From a virus: a stretch of DNA of 64,000 nucleotides. A model generated the notes under the pieces. It was not told where the DNA came from. It ran no database searches and saw nothing but the letters and a program-made list of their open reading frames with translations. A program made the translations under genes and the position numbers. Below, in pieces: positions 9,607 through 21,703 of this stretch (within the stretch, counting starts at the first letter, position 1; the number at the start of each line of letters is the position of its first letter). The stretch is from IMG/VR virus record IMGVR_UViG_3300027963_000066, positions 1-64,000 of that record, one strand, 5' to 3'.

Positions 9607-11332
9607 CCTTCATGATATAACACAATGCGTAGAATGGAGGAATATTAGTATAGTTGGTAGTAGTAGATCCCGTGCTGGCCGCGGTGATTGATCCACTAGC
9701 AGTTACGCCTGTAGCAGGACTAATAGTAATTCCAGTAGAGACTTTTGCCATAGGAGCACCGTCTCCGGGTCCAACAGCCTGCTCACTGCCCGATCCAGTT
9801 CGATCATTACCGGTTAATGAACCATCATATGGTGGACGTAGCAAATATCGGAAAGGATCGGCGTCGTGCGTGTGTTGAGGATCGTTAATTTGGTGTGTGT
9901 GATCGGCCACTGTACCACTGAATGTACCACCGTGCATGTGACTTACTAATGATGTAGCTGATGTACCACCTACTGTGGCAGTATTGAACACGCCCATAAT
10001 TTTTGTGCTGGCTAACTCTCTAGTACCACCTGCAGGCATATAATCTACGGATGCACCTGCAACAAATCTATCTCTTAAATCTGGAGTAGTGTATCCGTTT
10101 ACAGTTTGTCCGTTACATAATGCCCAACCTGTCGGGATAGTAGCAATGCTACCGTACCAAAGGATAATTGCGCCACCGGGCATAACACTATGTACAAATT
10201 GTGCGCTGACTAGATCAGTGCCAGTATTAGTAACAGTATTAGTCGGCATTGTGGTAATGGCAAATGTATTTTTAAGTCCATTACCGTAATCTTTATAGGT
10301 TACTTCTAATCTATTTTCTCTAGCATAGATAGAACCTTTATAATTGGTTATTACACCTGTAGTGGTTGTTGCTGATGTAGCTATTAAAGTAGTTAATATT
10401 GGTTGATCAAATACAGGATTAATAAAGGTAATTGAATCAAATGCTCTTACATTGTTATCTTCAAAAGACCCAACAGTATAAATGTTTTTACCACTTACAC
10501 TTGAAACAGTATAAATGGTATTGGTATTGGTAAAACAAAATGTAGCATTGGTTAGGATGTTTGTTGCAGATGATACTTCAAACCATGTATGTGGTAAAGT
10601 TCCGGAAACAATCCCAGTCATGGTAGTTACAATTCTATTAGGTACTAGTCCAATATTACCCGCCCGCCCGCCACGAGAAACTACAGTAACATCATTAGTG
10701 CCCGTGGTGAATTTATTTTCTTTGATATACAATGAATCAACGTGCTGTGTAATTGTATTTTCAGCTTCTAATTTGGCAATCGATCTTACATAATAAACAG
10801 GTCCAGCATTGCCAATTGGGTTTTCACTCCATACTTCGAACACATTGGTACCGGCTGATAGATCATAATTGGTACTTCTGTTAAGGTCTACGCATTTATA
10901 ATCGCCTGGGAAGTTAATTTTAGTAGCACTAGAACTACTAGGAGTTATGGATAATTTAATAGTACCAGACTTGCCTTCACCGGGCCAATTAATAATGTCT
11001 AGGTTGTGTTCTCCAGAAGAAACTTGAAATACCTGATAGCTACCTAAACTATAATCTATAGTAACATCGTAAAGTTCAGCAATGTCATTTTGCCAAATTT
11101 CTGTAGAACAGTTTTTAAAATTAGCAGATTCGATGGTATTTCCGTAGAATGTGCTAGTTTGATCAGTCCTTACACTGCTTTGTTCTAACCAACCAGTCCT
11201 GTCACCTACAGATTTAATAGCTTCGTGGATATTATGAAAGTTATCTCGAAATCCCTGTGAGTCATTATCCTGTCCTCGAACAGGAAAATTTTGCTTGATT
11301 TTTGACAAATAATTTGTGGTCGTACTAGACAA
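9593..11332 (-). CDS. Tail/baseplate fibre protein with tail-collar domain
   Basis: DNDSQGFRDNF N-terminus; PGGAIILWYG..IPTGWALCNG..TPDLRDRFV collar; HxH metal motifs; PPFYALCYIMK end. Confidence 0.8.
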   Translation of the reverse strand: MSSTTTNYLSKIKQNFPVRGQDNDSQGFRDNFHNIHEAIKSVGDRTGWLEQSSVRTDQTSTFYGNTIESANFKNCSTEIWQNDIAELYDVTIDYSLGSYQVFQVSSGEHNLDIINWPGEGKSGTIKLSITPSSSSATKINFPGDYKCVDLNRSTNYDLSAGTNVFEVWSENPIGNAGPVYYVRSIAKLEAENTITQHVDSLYIKENKFTTGTNDVTVVSRGGRAGNIGLVPNRIVTTMTGIVSGTLPHTWFEVSSATNILTNATFCFTNTNTIYTVSSVSGKNIYTVGSFEDNNVRAFDSITFINPVFDQPILTTLIATSATTTTGVITNYKGSIYARENRLEVTYKDYGNGLKNTFAITTMPTNTVTNTGTDLVSAQFVHSVMPGGAIILWYGSIATIPTGWALCNGQTVNGYTTPDLRDRFVAGASVDYMPAGGTRELASTKIMGVFNTATVGGTSATSLVSHMHGGTFSGTVADHTHQINDPQHTHDADPFRYLLRPPYDGSLTGNDRTGSGSEQAVGPGDGAPMAKVSTGITISPATGVTASGSITAASTGSTTTNYTNIPPFYALCYIMKVVGV

Positions 11333-11376
11333 TTTGGAACTCCATATAATTTACCCGATATTTATTGCTAAAATTA

Positions 11377-14064
11377 TCATGGTAGTTTTTTCTTAACTTC
11401 GTCTAGCTCGTGTTTTAGCTCTTTAATGGCTTCGATCAGCAGACCGGCGATGTTACCATAACTTACTGATAAGAACCCTTCGTCATCAATACGAACCAAT
11501 TCTGGAATTACTGCCTGTAGTTCTTGCGCTAGAACACCCGCATCAGCCTCACCATTGTTAATCCTGGTAAACAACACACCTCGAATCTGCATGACTTTTT
11601 CAAGAGCATTTTCAATAACTCGAATATCAGTTTTTAATCTTTCGTCAGATGTAGCATATACGTTACTAAACGTAGGAGTACCGCCTTGATTTAACTGAGC
11701 ATTTTGGTCAGTATTCCAACTTGGACCTTGTGGTCCTTGTGGTCCCTCGTTACCTTGGTTACCTGGGTTACCTGGGTTACCTTGGTTACCTTGGTTACCT
11801 GGGTTACCTTGAGCACCTTGAGGCCCTGTTGGTCCTATGTTACCATTGTTACCATTGTTACCCGGATTTCCCTGAGGTCCTTGATTACCTGGATTACCTT
11901 GATTACCTTGAGAGCCGGTCGGCCCGGTCGGCCCGGTCGGCCCTGCCACGTTACTTGGATTACCTTGATTTCCCTGATTACCTTGTGCGCCAGTTGGTCC
12001 TTGTGGCCCAGTTGGTCCCTGCGCTCCCTGATTACCTTGAGAGCCAGTCGGTCCGGTGGGTCCTTGCGGCCCTTGATTACCTGGGGCATTGCTGGGAGCA
12101 CCAGTCGGTCCTTGTGGTCCAGTTGGCCCTTGATTACCTGGGGCATTGCTGGGTGCACCTTGTGGTCCAGTTGGTCCCTGTGGGCCACTAGCATTACTAC
12201 CCGCTCCAGTTGGTCCAGTTGGTCCAGCCACATTACTGGCCGCACCTTGTGGTCCTGTCGGTCCTAGTGTATTGCTACCTGCACCAGTCGGTCCGGTTGG
12301 TCCTGCCACATTACTGGCCGCACCTTGTGGTCCTGTCGGTCCAGTAGGACCGCTTGCGGTGCTTCCTGGTCCAGTCCACCCCGTAGGTCCTGTAGCCCCG
12401 ACGGCATTACTAGCCGCACCTGTTGGGCCCTGTGGGCCCTGTGGTCCAGTTACTCCTTGCGGCCCTGTAGGTCCAGTTACGGATCCTGCATCCACAAATC
12501 CACTGTAAGGTCCTGTGCCCGTATAGACATATAAGTGTCCGTCAGCTGTAACAATGTATGAATCACCAATTGTTGGAGTTGGTACTGTAGGAAGGTTACC
12601 AGCTGTAGCAACCTGTCCTTTAATTGTAATACCTGAACCTTGTGGACCTGTCCATCCTGTAGGTCCTTGAACGCCTTGAGGTCCCTGTAATCCGGTTGGA
12701 CCTGTAGATCCTATTCCCTGTGGGCCAGTAGCGCCGCTAGGTCCTGTAGGGCCAGTTACACCTTGCGGCCCAGTAGCACCGGTTGGTCCCATTTCAGTAC
12801 TGCCCGGTCCAGTCCAGCCTGTAGGCCCAGTGACCCCTTGAGGTCCAGTCCAACCTGTAGGCCCAGTCCAACCTGTAGGCCCTGTGGGTCCTTGAACTCC
12901 AGTAGGACCAATTGGTCCACCACTAGGTCCAGTCGGCCCAGTTGATCCGGCACCTGTAGCACCTGTAGGTCCAGTTGGCCCGTCTAAACCACTAGGTCCA
13001 GTTGGTCCAATAGGTCCACCACTAGGTCCAGTTGGCCCTGTAGAACCAGTTCCTGTAGGTCCAGTTGAACCTGTAGGTCCTGTAGGTCCGGTCCATCCGG
13101 TAGGTCCAGTTGGTCCTTGTGGCCCTGTTGGCCCCGTAGGTCCTTGTGGCCCTGTTGGCCCCTGTGGTCCTGTAGCACCTGAAGGTTGGAACAGAACACC
13201 ATTTTGATAAAGATTACCACTAAAGTAAATGTCTCCGCCTACTCCTACGCCCCCTCGAACTACTAGGGCACCAGTCGATGTGCTGTTACTAGCAGTAGTT
13301 GCAGAAACTAAAATCTTTGGAGATGTTAACAGACCAGGATTTGCTAGGAATGAAAGACTGCTATCGGCTTTTGCTCCAACATAATCGTTAGGAAAAGGAA
13401 CCATGGTCAAATATTGTACTACATCAGTTGAGGTGGTAGCAGTTACATATATTTTTTGTGTTTGAGTAGCATTACCTGAAAAAATAGTTGCAGTACTGAC
13501 CCAAGTAGCAGTACTGCCATTGCTTAATAGAATATATCCGCTAGTGCCGATAGGAATAAATGCAGTGGTATCGGGCGCACTTTGGATAGGAATACTTCCA
13601 GCCGCACCGCCTGCTATGTTGGCAGGAGTATTAGGCCCAGTGGGTCCAGTGACACCTTGATTACCCTGAGCTCCTGTAGGACCTGTGGCTCCTGTAGGAC
13701 CTGTCCATCCCGTAGGTCCAGTGACACCTTGTGGGCCAGTTGCACCTCGTGGGCCAGTCCATCCTGTAGGTCCTGTAACTCCCTGTGGGCCTGTAGCACC
13801 ACGCTGACCTGTAGGTCCAGTCCATCCCGTAGGACCAGTGACCCCTTGTGGGCCAGTAGGTCCTTGTTGTCCAGTCGGTCCAGTAGCACCGGTCGGTCCA
13901 GTAGGTCCAATAGGGCCAGTTGGCCCTATTGTGTTAAGTAAACTTCTAGCCTGTGGTACTGTGATATACTGGTTTACAGTAGAATCCTGAACCACAAATA
14001 ATGTTTCCCCTTCTGTAGGGTTAGTTAGTTGCGGCAGTGATGTTATATTCGGTCTTATTGTCAT
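11377..14064 (-). CDS. Collagen-like tail fibre with C-terminal intramolecular chaperone (peptidase S74)
   Basis: Long Gly-X-Y (GPT/GPQ/GNQ) tracts; [10 protein letters not shown]...GVLAQE...VSYG chaperone motif. Confidence 0.88.
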   Translation of the reverse strand: MTIRPNITSLPQLTNPTEGETLFVVQDSTVNQYITVPQARSLLNTIGPTGPIGPTGPTGATGPTGQQGPTGPQGVTGPTGWTGPTGQRGATGPQGVTGPTGWTGPRGATGPQGVTGPTGWTGPTGATGPTGAQGNQGVTGPTGPNTPANIAGGAAGSIPIQSAPDTTAFIPIGTSGYILLSNGSTATWVSTATIFSGNATQTQKIYVTATTSTDVVQYLTMVPFPNDYVGAKADSSLSFLANPGLLTSPKILVSATTASNSTSTGALVVRGGVGVGGDIYFSGNLYQNGVLFQPSGATGPQGPTGPQGPTGPTGPQGPTGPTGWTGPTGPTGSTGPTGTGSTGPTGPSGGPIGPTGPSGLDGPTGPTGATGAGSTGPTGPSGGPIGPTGVQGPTGPTGWTGPTGWTGPQGVTGPTGWTGPGSTEMGPTGATGPQGVTGPTGPSGATGPQGIGSTGPTGLQGPQGVQGPTGWTGPQGSGITIKGQVATAGNLPTVPTPTIGDSYIVTADGHLYVYTGTGPYSGFVDAGSVTGPTGPQGVTGPQGPQGPTGAASNAVGATGPTGWTGPGSTASGPTGPTGPQGAASNVAGPTGPTGAGSNTLGPTGPQGAASNVAGPTGPTGAGSNASGPQGPTGPQGAPSNAPGNQGPTGPQGPTGAPSNAPGNQGPQGPTGPTGSQGNQGAQGPTGPQGPTGAQGNQGNQGNPSNVAGPTGPTGPTGSQGNQGNPGNQGPQGNPGNNGNNGNIGPTGPQGAQGNPGNQGNQGNPGNPGNQGNEGPQGPQGPSWNTDQNAQLNQGGTPTFSNVYATSDERLKTDIRVIENALEKVMQIRGVLFTRINNGEADAGVLAQELQAVIPELVRIDDEGFLSVSYGNIAGLLIEAIKELKHELDEVKKKLP
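11725..13925 (-). repeat. Collagen Gly-X-Y coding repeats (9-bp periodicity, internal duplications), interrupted by non-repeat domains
   Basis: Repeated ggtcc/ggacc units, e.g. [19 protein letters not shown] duplicated. Confidence 0.9.
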
Positions 14065-14106
14065 AATTCTGGGATATTTTTAATAGTGTATTTATTGGAA
14101 AGTATT

Positions 14107-16479
14107 TTATCCAATTCTCCAGGCTGACCCGTCGTAATATACAGGTACTTTATAAGACCCAGTGCCTAATCCGGACACATTTGTATAGAATGTAGTGGTT
14201 GTGCAATCACTTATTGTGGCTCGCATACCTAGCACAAGATTTGTATTTGGTAACCCGGATACTGTATAGGTTGGGGGTAATAATGGCACCGCAGACTGTA
14301 CATATGTTTTATCCATCACTAGTACATTTGTTGATGATGTATAGAAAGAATATCGATAGGTACTTCTGTCAAATGTTAGATAAGAATTTTGACCCAATGA
14401 CAGCAAAGGATTGCTACCATTCATTTCTAAATAATAATCATCGTCGTTGACACTTAATCGATTTACTGTGGTCCAAACAGCGCCTGTGGTTTTGCCCACA
14501 GTATTGCTTGATAGGTCAGTAGATCCACCTAATAATACCACTCCGCCTGCATTTTCAATCCCATATCCTGTATTGCCTGTTATTTTACCGCCATTAATAC
14601 GGACATTATAATTGTTTATAGCCGCCCCAATTTTAATTCCACTAGCACCGCAACCTTGGATGTATGGAATGTTAAAATCAAAATCCAATCCAGCTGTAAT
14701 TTCTACGCCGTAGCTAGTAGCATAATCAATTTCAATGTGATTAAATTTACCAATAGCCGGGTAAGTGGCACCGCCACTGGTATTACGAATGATTGCACCC
14801 TTGGTAGTTACTAGTCCTAGATATCCAATTTCTAAACTATGGCAGTTACCGTCCCAATCTAAACCATATTGATTATTGGCACAATCAATTACAGCAAAAT
14901 TTATACGTAGAATATCTGATCTTAAAATGTCTGTTCCGTACCAAGTAATACCCTTACCGCCACAATACGCCCATAGCCAATCAACGACACAGGTATTCGA
15001 ATCCTGTATATACAATACAGAACTTGAAGTATAATTTGAACCAATATCAACGCCGTATAATTTTTTGATTGTTACCCTATCGGCATTATCAATCCTTAGC
15101 GCACATCCTGCTAGGTTTGGAGAATTAAAAGTCAAATCAACTTCTACACCTGCGCAACCACCTGTAATAGTTATTCCATTAATACTACCTGTAGGTCTTA
15201 AAACTCCAGGTCCTCCAAATCGCTGAAAAGTGTTACTTAAGATCAGCCCGGTGTTGTATTTGTAAATTTTACCTTCAGTTAATCGAACAGTTAGCCCTGA
15301 GTTTATTGCAGACTGTAGAGCAAAATAATCGTCAGCTATACCATCCCCCACTGCACCAAAATCTTCTGGTGTGACATATATGTCTTTTAATTTAGCATCA
15401 ACGGTTCTTGAAGTTACGGTATTAATTTGTGTAAATGTCGACAGCCCGGTTGGTCCAGTAGGCCCGGCTGTGCCAGCACCAGTGGGTCCAATTGCACCAG
15501 TAGGTCCTGTCACGCTAGGCCCAGTAGGACCTGTTACGCTGGGTCCAGTTGGACCTGTTGCACCCTGTACACCAGTTGGTCCTGTTGCACCGGTATTCCC
15601 TTGTGAGCCTTGTGGCCCAGTTACACTGGGACCAGTTGGACCAGTAGAACCAAGATCGCCAGTTGGTCCTGTTGCACCGGTATTCCCTTGTGAGCCTTGT
15701 GGCCCAGTTACACTGGGACCAGTTGGACCAGTTACATTACTGGCCGCCCCAGTGGGACCTGTTACGCTAGGGCCTGTCCATCCTGTCGGACCTGTTACAC
15801 TACTGGCCGCACCAGTAGGACCTGAGGGTCCAGTTGGACCAAATCCTTGTGGACCAACATTACCTTGAGCTCCTGTTGGGCCAGTAGCACCTGCACCAGT
15901 TGGTCCAGTAGCGCCTACTCCCCCTGCACCTGTTGGACCCGTTGGACCATTAGCCGGCCCAGTTGGACCAGTAGCACCTGCGCCAGTTGGACCTGTTACA
16001 CCGTTATTACCTGCAACACCTTGTGGTCCTTGTGGTCCAGTTGGTCCTCTAGTGCCTTGTGGGCCCGATCCGCTAGGGCCAGTCCATCCTGTAGGCCCAG
16101 TGGCACCTGCACCAGTTGGACCAGTCCTGCCAGTTGGTCCAGTAGCGCCAGGTTCACCTGTTAGACCTGTTGGGCCGCCCGGAGCACCTGGATTTCCTGT
16201 AGGACCTCTGACACCTTGTGGGCCTGTAGGACCAGCGCCTTGTGCGCCAGTAGGGCCTTGCGGACCCGGAGGGCCGCCGCTTGGTCCAGTTGCTCCTTGT
16301 TGACCTTGTAATCCGTCAATACCTCGAGGTCCTGTAGGGCCTGTGGCACCTTTAGATGCAGTAACCAATTGCGCCAGGGTCATTTTTTTGGTCCTAGATG
16401 CATCAGTTACATCAACTACCGGCAACACTATCTGGTTAGTTAATGTACTCACTGATGGCAAACTGGTAATAGCAGTCAT
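14107..16479 (-). CDS. Collagen-like fibre with C-terminal pectate-lyase-like beta-helix (tailspike/depolymerase)
   Basis: GPT tract, then [16 protein letters not shown] followed by beta-helix-like repeats. Confidence 0.8.
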   Translation of the reverse strand: MTAITSLPSVSTLTNQIVLPVVDVTDASRTKKMTLAQLVTASKGATGPTGPRGIDGLQGQQGATGPSGGPPGPQGPTGAQGAGPTGPQGVRGPTGNPGAPGGPTGLTGEPGATGPTGRTGPTGAGATGPTGWTGPSGSGPQGTRGPTGPQGPQGVAGNNGVTGPTGAGATGPTGPANGPTGPTGAGGVGATGPTGAGATGPTGAQGNVGPQGFGPTGPSGPTGAASSVTGPTGWTGPSVTGPTGAASNVTGPTGPSVTGPQGSQGNTGATGPTGDLGSTGPTGPSVTGPQGSQGNTGATGPTGVQGATGPTGPSVTGPTGPSVTGPTGAIGPTGAGTAGPTGPTGLSTFTQINTVTSRTVDAKLKDIYVTPEDFGAVGDGIADDYFALQSAINSGLTVRLTEGKIYKYNTGLILSNTFQRFGGPGVLRPTGSINGITITGGCAGVEVDLTFNSPNLAGCALRIDNADRVTIKKLYGVDIGSNYTSSSVLYIQDSNTCVVDWLWAYCGGKGITWYGTDILRSDILRINFAVIDCANNQYGLDWDGNCHSLEIGYLGLVTTKGAIIRNTSGGATYPAIGKFNHIEIDYATSYGVEITAGLDFDFNIPYIQGCGASGIKIGAAINNYNVRINGGKITGNTGYGIENAGGVVLLGGSTDLSSNTVGKTTGAVWTTVNRLSVNDDDYYLEMNGSNPLLSLGQNSYLTFDRSTYRYSFYTSSTNVLVMDKTYVQSAVPLLPPTYTVSGLPNTNLVLGMRATISDCTTTTFYTNVSGLGTGSYKVPVYYDGSAWRIG
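15445..16350 (-). repeat. Collagen Gly-X-Y coding repeats
   Basis: GPT triplets; near-exact duplication of the [24 protein letters not shown]-coding DNA. Confidence 0.9.
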
Positions 16480-16482
16480 TGT

Positions 16483-18651
16483 TTATTTCCTGGTTAATGT
16501 GACATTATCGTCGAACGTCCAAACAATATCTTCTTCCAAATATGGATCAGAAGAAATAGCGTCTCCTATGTTCTGTCGTTGTAATAATAGATATTTAGTC
16601 GTTGCACTATCCTGCGTACCTTGAATGATAATTCGATCTATTTCAAAGTCTAAAAGTTTAAAATCAAATCCGCTCAATTTAATTCTGCTGACGATTCTTG
16701 ATCCTTGACCAGGTAAAGCATAACAAATAGGCACCACTGTCATATATCCCGGGATTCGATATTCTCCTGCCTGTGGAGTCTGCATGTATAAAGGTTGATA
16801 GGAATCGTCAACGCTAATAACTGAACCGTCGGGCAATTGCAGTGCTCTTAGGCTTTTTTGCATATTTTCAATGCTTCCTGGGTAATAGGAGTCGTTATCA
16901 ACATATATTACCGAATTAGCCCCGGCTTGATCATCAATCATATCGAGGTAAACTACTTCGTACAATGGTTGATTGAATGAATTTTTGGCTATGGCTATTT
17001 TAATGTCACCAAAGTAAAAACGTTTTTTATAAAAATTACGTTTTAATGCCTTTACATACTCTCTTAAAGTAAGTTTTTCTATTCCAAACTCAACAACTAA
17101 TTGAATACCTCGTTGTACTCCAAAATTATAATCGTAATACCTGTAGATTAAATTTGGATCAAAAGTAAAAGTGTTGCTGATAAATTCTCTAAATTGATCT
17201 TTCTTATCCTGAGATAAAAATGGTCTTAGACTAATACTGGTATATTCCGGTGAATCCTCACCGTTTGTCTGAACTACAAACATGCGACTAACTGAGCTTA
17301 GATCATATACATCGCCGGCGTTGATGGTAAATGTGTATGATGCGGGATTTGCATATGCCACCCTTCCATAGATACTGCCATCACTGCCCAATGTTAATCC
17401 TGGAGGCAATGTTCCGCTGGCCAAGGAATACTTGATTGAGTAATTTGAATTAATATGTTTAGCTACCACAGCCAGCTCGCTGACATGTCCAACAAACACC
17501 TGCCCTAAATTTGAATTAGTTACCCATTGAATAGTACTTTCGACTTCTCCCTTAATGGCCAAGGTAAATGTATTAGTGGCAGTGGTTTTAGTCTGAGTAG
17601 CTGTGTCAGTTTTAGTAGCTTCTATTGTCAAGTTATAATTTTTAGTATAAGCTGGCTGATACGGCACATACCCGGACAGGTAACCTTTGTCAGGATCTAA
17701 AGTAAGTCCTAAAGGTAAATTTGTTGCTACGGTTCCTGTATTGATTAATCTGTATTGTAATGTGCCAGAATACGGTGATGCATCATAGACTGTGACAGGA
17801 ATATCTTGACTATTATTGGCTCGAATAGTGCCAAGACTTGTGCCATTGATCCACTGCAATGGTTGCATGTAGATATTAGGTGCAGATATAGCGGGTAATA
17901 CGATATCTACTGGCATGGAAGTTGTATTGTAGTTTAAAATATCTACACTGGTCACTACAATTTTAAAAAATTTTCTAGTTTCTAAAATGCCATCAGTTGC
18001 CGCTACAATAAATTGATAAATTCTAGGAACCCCGGGTATTTTACCAAAAGTAGTCGCAGAGTGATCGTATGTATATTTGTCATATGATTCTGTGTCATAC
18101 CCGCCAGTAGTCGATATTTGTCCATCAACTGACACAGAATCTTGAACAAATCCGGTAATTTTTCCTAACTCAGTTAGAGTTAGCCCTGGAGGTAATATAC
18201 CACCCTTGTCTGGAATGTAGTAACGAATTTTAGCGTCACTTGGAGCTTCGGTCGGGTTGGCCTGTAGTTGAAAATCTACCCATTCGCCTGTAAAAACATA
18301 TTCTTTACCGTTGATTTTTAAGTATTGATTATTACCGGTAGTGGTAATCCATGTTGGTTGATCCGGTCCTAGGATGTCGATGCTAAATGTTCTGTCTGCT
18401 AACCCGTAGTTGTTCCTGGCTCTAATAACAAATTCGTATTTGCTTAAATTTAACGTGTTACCTGCTACACCTCTAATTAATCCTATACCATTAAGTGCAG
18501 GTGACGCCAAGCTAAGTCCTGGCGGAAGTGCTCCAGAAATCAGTGTATAACTAGTATCTGCTGTGGTAGTTCGTATGTATTCACGGACTGTATTTCCTTC
18601 GTAGGCACTGAACAAGGGTCCTGCAGGGGTAATCCAAACTGGTGAGCTCAT
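16483..18651 (-). CDS. Baseplate/virion structural protein with Ig-like repeats
   Basis: Repeated SGxLPPGLxL..G.I.G motifs; late TAAATA motif upstream. Confidence 0.7.
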   Translation of the reverse strand: MSSPVWITPAGPLFSAYEGNTVREYIRTTTADTSYTLISGALPPGLSLASPALNGIGLIRGVAGNTLNLSKYEFVIRARNNYGLADRTFSIDILGPDQPTWITTTGNNQYLKINGKEYVFTGEWVDFQLQANPTEAPSDAKIRYYIPDKGGILPPGLTLTELGKITGFVQDSVSVDGQISTTGGYDTESYDKYTYDHSATTFGKIPGVPRIYQFIVAATDGILETRKFFKIVVTSVDILNYNTTSMPVDIVLPAISAPNIYMQPLQWINGTSLGTIRANNSQDIPVTVYDASPYSGTLQYRLINTGTVATNLPLGLTLDPDKGYLSGYVPYQPAYTKNYNLTIEATKTDTATQTKTTATNTFTLAIKGEVESTIQWVTNSNLGQVFVGHVSELAVVAKHINSNYSIKYSLASGTLPPGLTLGSDGSIYGRVAYANPASYTFTINAGDVYDLSSVSRMFVVQTNGEDSPEYTSISLRPFLSQDKKDQFREFISNTFTFDPNLIYRYYDYNFGVQRGIQLVVEFGIEKLTLREYVKALKRNFYKKRFYFGDIKIAIAKNSFNQPLYEVVYLDMIDDQAGANSVIYVDNDSYYPGSIENMQKSLRALQLPDGSVISVDDSYQPLYMQTPQAGEYRIPGYMTVVPICYALPGQGSRIVSRIKLSGFDFKLLDFEIDRIIIQGTQDSATTKYLLLQRQNIGDAISSDPYLEEDIVWTFDDNVTLTRK

Positions 18652-18699
18652 ATTTTTGATAAATCCTTTACTCGGGTATTTACCAAAAATATGTATTGA

Positions 18700-18921
18700 T
18701 TAATGCAGGGTTCTATTCCCTACATCTTCTATTCGATCGATGCCAAAAATGCTTAATATAGCCTGTATTTCTTCCGGAGGGTCTTCCATCAAATGTTCTG
18801 GATACATCATACTTTTTAGTTCACCATCTGGACCTATGATAAATCCAAAATCGTCTGGTGAATAGTCGTCGTCTCGTTCTTCTTCTATTTCTACAGCATT
18901 AGCTGGGATGTTGTTGGGCAT
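18700..18921 (-). CDS. Hypothetical acidic protein
   Basis: GGAG RBS, ORF. Confidence 0.6.
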   Translation of the reverse strand: MPNNIPANAVEIEEERDDDYSPDDFGFIIGPDGELKSMMYPEHLMEDPPEEIQAILSIFGIDRIEDVGNRTLH

Positions 18922-18951
18922 TTTAGCACTCCAAAATTAGTTTTTGATAGA

Positions 18952-19524
18952 TTATTTTTTAAGGTTGATTCTATCGTTTATCACCGACCAGTTAATTGCC
19001 CTCCATATATTTTTTAAGTATTTTGCCTTGTCTGCTTGGTAATCCAGAGACCAAGCATGCTCCCACCAATCTATTAACAGTATGATATCCTGTTTTACTT
19101 GATGATTTGTTATAATTTTTACTTGCCCGTTCCGAGCAAGGTATACCCACCCACTGCCTTGTATAGCCATGGCTGTTGTTTCGACAGTATTTTTTAATTC
19201 GTCAACACCGTCTTTAAAGTGTTTTTCTATAAATTCTAGACTAGCGCCGTGGGGTTGATTTCCTGAACTAGGAGATTTTAATTGCGGAAAAAAAATGTTA
19301 TGGAGAAATGCCCCTGCATGGTTAAAATCAGCATCTCCCTCGTCTCGATTGTACCGATCAACATATCCTTTGGCTAATTTTCCGTAATGATAATCTATAG
19401 TATCTTCACTCATTACTGGTGCTAGGTCTGTTCTAGCATAAGGAAGCGGCTCTAATACCAATTTGTCTTTTTTGGTATCTGCTTCAATAACCAATCGTTT
19501 TAAATCAGATAAACTTTTTTCCAT
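18952..19524 (-). CDS. sod: Fe/Mn superoxide dismutase
   Basis: LPY..LAPVMS, YHYGK, QGSGWVYL, DWWEHAW; start at 19524 follows TAAATA. Confidence 0.88.
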   Translation of the reverse strand: MEKSLSDLKRLVIEADTKKDKLVLEPLPYARTDLAPVMSEDTIDYHYGKLAKGYVDRYNRDEGDADFNHAGAFLHNIFFPQLKSPSSGNQPHGASLEFIEKHFKDGVDELKNTVETTAMAIQGSGWVYLARNGQVKIITNHQVKQDIILLIDWWEHAWSLDYQADKAKYLKNIWRAINWSVINDRINLKK

Positions 19525-19577
19525 GTAAGTATTTATGAAGGTTAAATAAAGATACAATTTTTGAAAGGAATCCTATC

Positions 19578-19940
19578 ATGGAATTAATTATTGCAGGTAT
19601 TTTTGTTGTAGCAGTGGCCGCTTTCTTGATTTTTAGAAAAAAATCAGAGCCACAAGAAACTACAGCAAGTGTACCATATAAAGTAGAAACCCCCGAACCA
19701 ACTCCTGTGGTTGCTGAACCAACTCCAGTAGTGGAAGTTGCTCCTATAGCAGAAGCAATCCCGGTAGTTGCTGAAGTTGCTCCAGTACAGGCAGAAGTAG
19801 TCGAAGCTCCGGCTAAGAAACCACGTAAGCCACGTACTCCTAAGGCCCAACCAGCAGTTAAAGAAAAAGCCCCGGCTAAAGCCAAGGCTCCAAAAGCTAC
19901 TGCTAAAAAGCCAGCCGCAAGAACAGTTAAGAAAAAATAA
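19578..19940 (+). CDS. Membrane-anchored Pro/Glu- then Lys/Ala-rich protein
   Basis: AAGGA RBS; N-terminal TM; histone-like basic tail. Confidence 0.65.
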   Translation: MELIIAGIFVVAVAAFLIFRKKSEPQETTASVPYKVETPEPTPVVAEPTPVVEVAPIAEAIPVVAEVAPVQAEVVEAPAKKPRKPRTPKAQPAVKEKAPAKAKAPKATAKKPAARTVKKK

Positions 19941-19965
19941 ATAGTACTAACATTACAACAACACC

Positions 19966-20691
19966 ATGACTAGCATATACCCTATTATTAAAGACCAGGA
20001 CTGGATTTCTCCAGTTACATATAATCTTTTCAAAAGATTTAACTATGACGGATGTGGAATTGATTGGGCTACTGTTAGAGTGTTAGACGTTGGATGTAAT
20101 GTAGGAAATTATGTTAACTGGGCAAACAATGTTGTATCTCGGGAGAATTATGTAGGCTTAGATATAAATGAAAAATTTATTAACATTGCCCGCATGATAC
20201 ATCCCGAGTATCAATTTGTACATTGTAACAAATGGCATCGTAGTTATAATCCTACAGGAATTAAGAATCTTTCAATCCGCGATTCTTTATCTGGTGAGTT
20301 TGATATTGTTGTATTGAACAGTGTATTCTCCCATGCCAATGCTGATGAAATTCGTGCAGAAATTTTAGATATTTTTACTGTATTAAAACCTGGTGGAATT
20401 TTGTTAACTACATTTTTTACAGATATTAATTTAACACCGTTCTTGGGATACATAAAAAATATATACGGAGTTGACACTGAATATTCAATTCCTGAATATG
20501 AAACATCTGTGTATCTAATTGATTATGAGACTATTGTGGTTGATCAAGATTCTTTAAATTTAGAGACTTGCAACAGTTTCTCTAGTTTTTATAAAGAAAC
20601 AAAACTTACAGAATTGTTTACAGGGGCAGAAGTGATAAACACTGCACAGCCCTTTGCTCAAGCATTGGTCAAGTTTACTAAACCGTTGTAA
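19966..20691 (+). CDS. Class I SAM-dependent methyltransferase
   Basis: VLDVGCNVG, YVGLDIN, FDIVVLNSVFSH, LKPGG. Confidence 0.85.
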   Translation: MTSIYPIIKDQDWISPVTYNLFKRFNYDGCGIDWATVRVLDVGCNVGNYVNWANNVVSRENYVGLDINEKFINIARMIHPEYQFVHCNKWHRSYNPTGIKNLSIRDSLSGEFDIVVLNSVFSHANADEIRAEILDIFTVLKPGGILLTTFFTDINLTPFLGYIKNIYGVDTEYSIPEYETSVYLIDYETIVVDQDSLNLETCNSFSSFYKETKLTELFTGAEVINTAQPFAQALVKFTKPL

Positions 20692-21703
20692 GTTTAGATT
20701 GCTCATATAGAGCAAAGCTGGCTAGATTCTTGCCTTTGGCTTCGATCATCATATCAAAGTGATCTAAGAATTGTAAGGCCCAAGCATTGACTTCGGTGTT
20801 CCACATAAAATCACTGTGGGCTCGAAGTTTTTGTTTTTTGTAGCCCGACTCTAATAGAGTAGACATTATAGGTTTAGTTGCTGTATCGTGGGCTACTAGA
20901 TAATCCTCACGGCTAACACTATAATGACAAGTTGGGCGAACACCTCGCCAGCTATCAATTACACGTTTAACTCTATCGTCGGAGGGCTGGATATAGTCTC
21001 CCGTACGGATCCAGTGATGGTGTATATCAAGTACGAGGGCGCAGTGTTTTTCGAGTTCGAGACTGCTGTCAATTCCCCAACAGTTTTCGTCATTTTCGAT
21101 AGTGATACAGTTTCTTGCTTCGGGGGTAAGGCGTTGGAGGGCAGAGATAATACCTTGGGGACCTTGTTTACCCGAGATGTGTACATTGATTTTAAAGTCT
21201 TGAAAAGTCTTGCCGTATCCCATCCACCTGACCATATCTGCATGATATTCAAATTCCTCTATTGATCGTTCTACAATGCCAGGGTTCTCACTTGCCAACA
21301 CAGTAAACTGCCCAGGATGCATAGACAACCTAACGTTATTCTTGCGAGCCAAAGCTCCCACGGCTCCAAATGCTCTTTCGCAATAGGCTCTAACATCGCT
21401 ACGCCGCCAAAACCCGCACCAATCCTGCTGAGTATATACAGGGAGTATATCGCTCGAGAGTCGTACCATTCTAAGATTTTCATTGAGTGAGCCTACCTTT
21501 TCAACGAGCTTGCGAGTAGCTTCAATGTTACCTACCATTAGGTCCCACAACTTTTGTTCAGCTACTTCTTTGCTCTGTCTATTTAACCAAGCAACGGTAG
21601 TAGAGCCTGTGTTAAAAGCCTTAGCATCGTCGGTGGGTTTAATTCCGTCCACCTGCTCTGCGTGATCAATCCACTTACAGGCAAATCCAATTCTTTTAAT
21701 CAT
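20678..21703 (-). CDS. uvsE: UV damage endonuclease
   Basis: RIGFAC, RLSSD, RLSMHPGQF, IENDE, LDIHHH, AHSD, MIEAKGK. Confidence 0.92.
   Translation of the reverse strand: MIKRIGFACKWIDHAEQVDGIKPTDDAKAFNTGSTTVAWLNRQSKEVAEQKLWDLMVGNIEATRKLVEKVGSLNENLRMVRLSSDILPVYTQQDWCGFWRRSDVRAYCERAFGAVGALARKNNVRLSMHPGQFTVLASENPGIVERSIEEFEYHADMVRWMGYGKTFQDFKINVHISGKQGPQGIISALQRLTPEARNCITIENDENCWGIDSSLELEKHCALVLDIHHHWIRTGDYIQPSDDRVKRVIDSWRGVRPTCHYSVSREDYLVAHDTATKPIMSTLLESGYKKQKLRAHSDFMWNTEVNAWALQFLDHFDMMIEAKGKNLASFALYEQSKLTTV

Noticed and set aside
11704-16349. Periodic repeats and many overlapping alternative-frame ORFs, considered as a CRISPR array or hidden genes
   Set aside because: The 9-bp periodicity is explained by Gly-X-Y collagen coding. 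There are no constant repeats with unique spacers, and the shadow ORFs are artefacts of the repeat.
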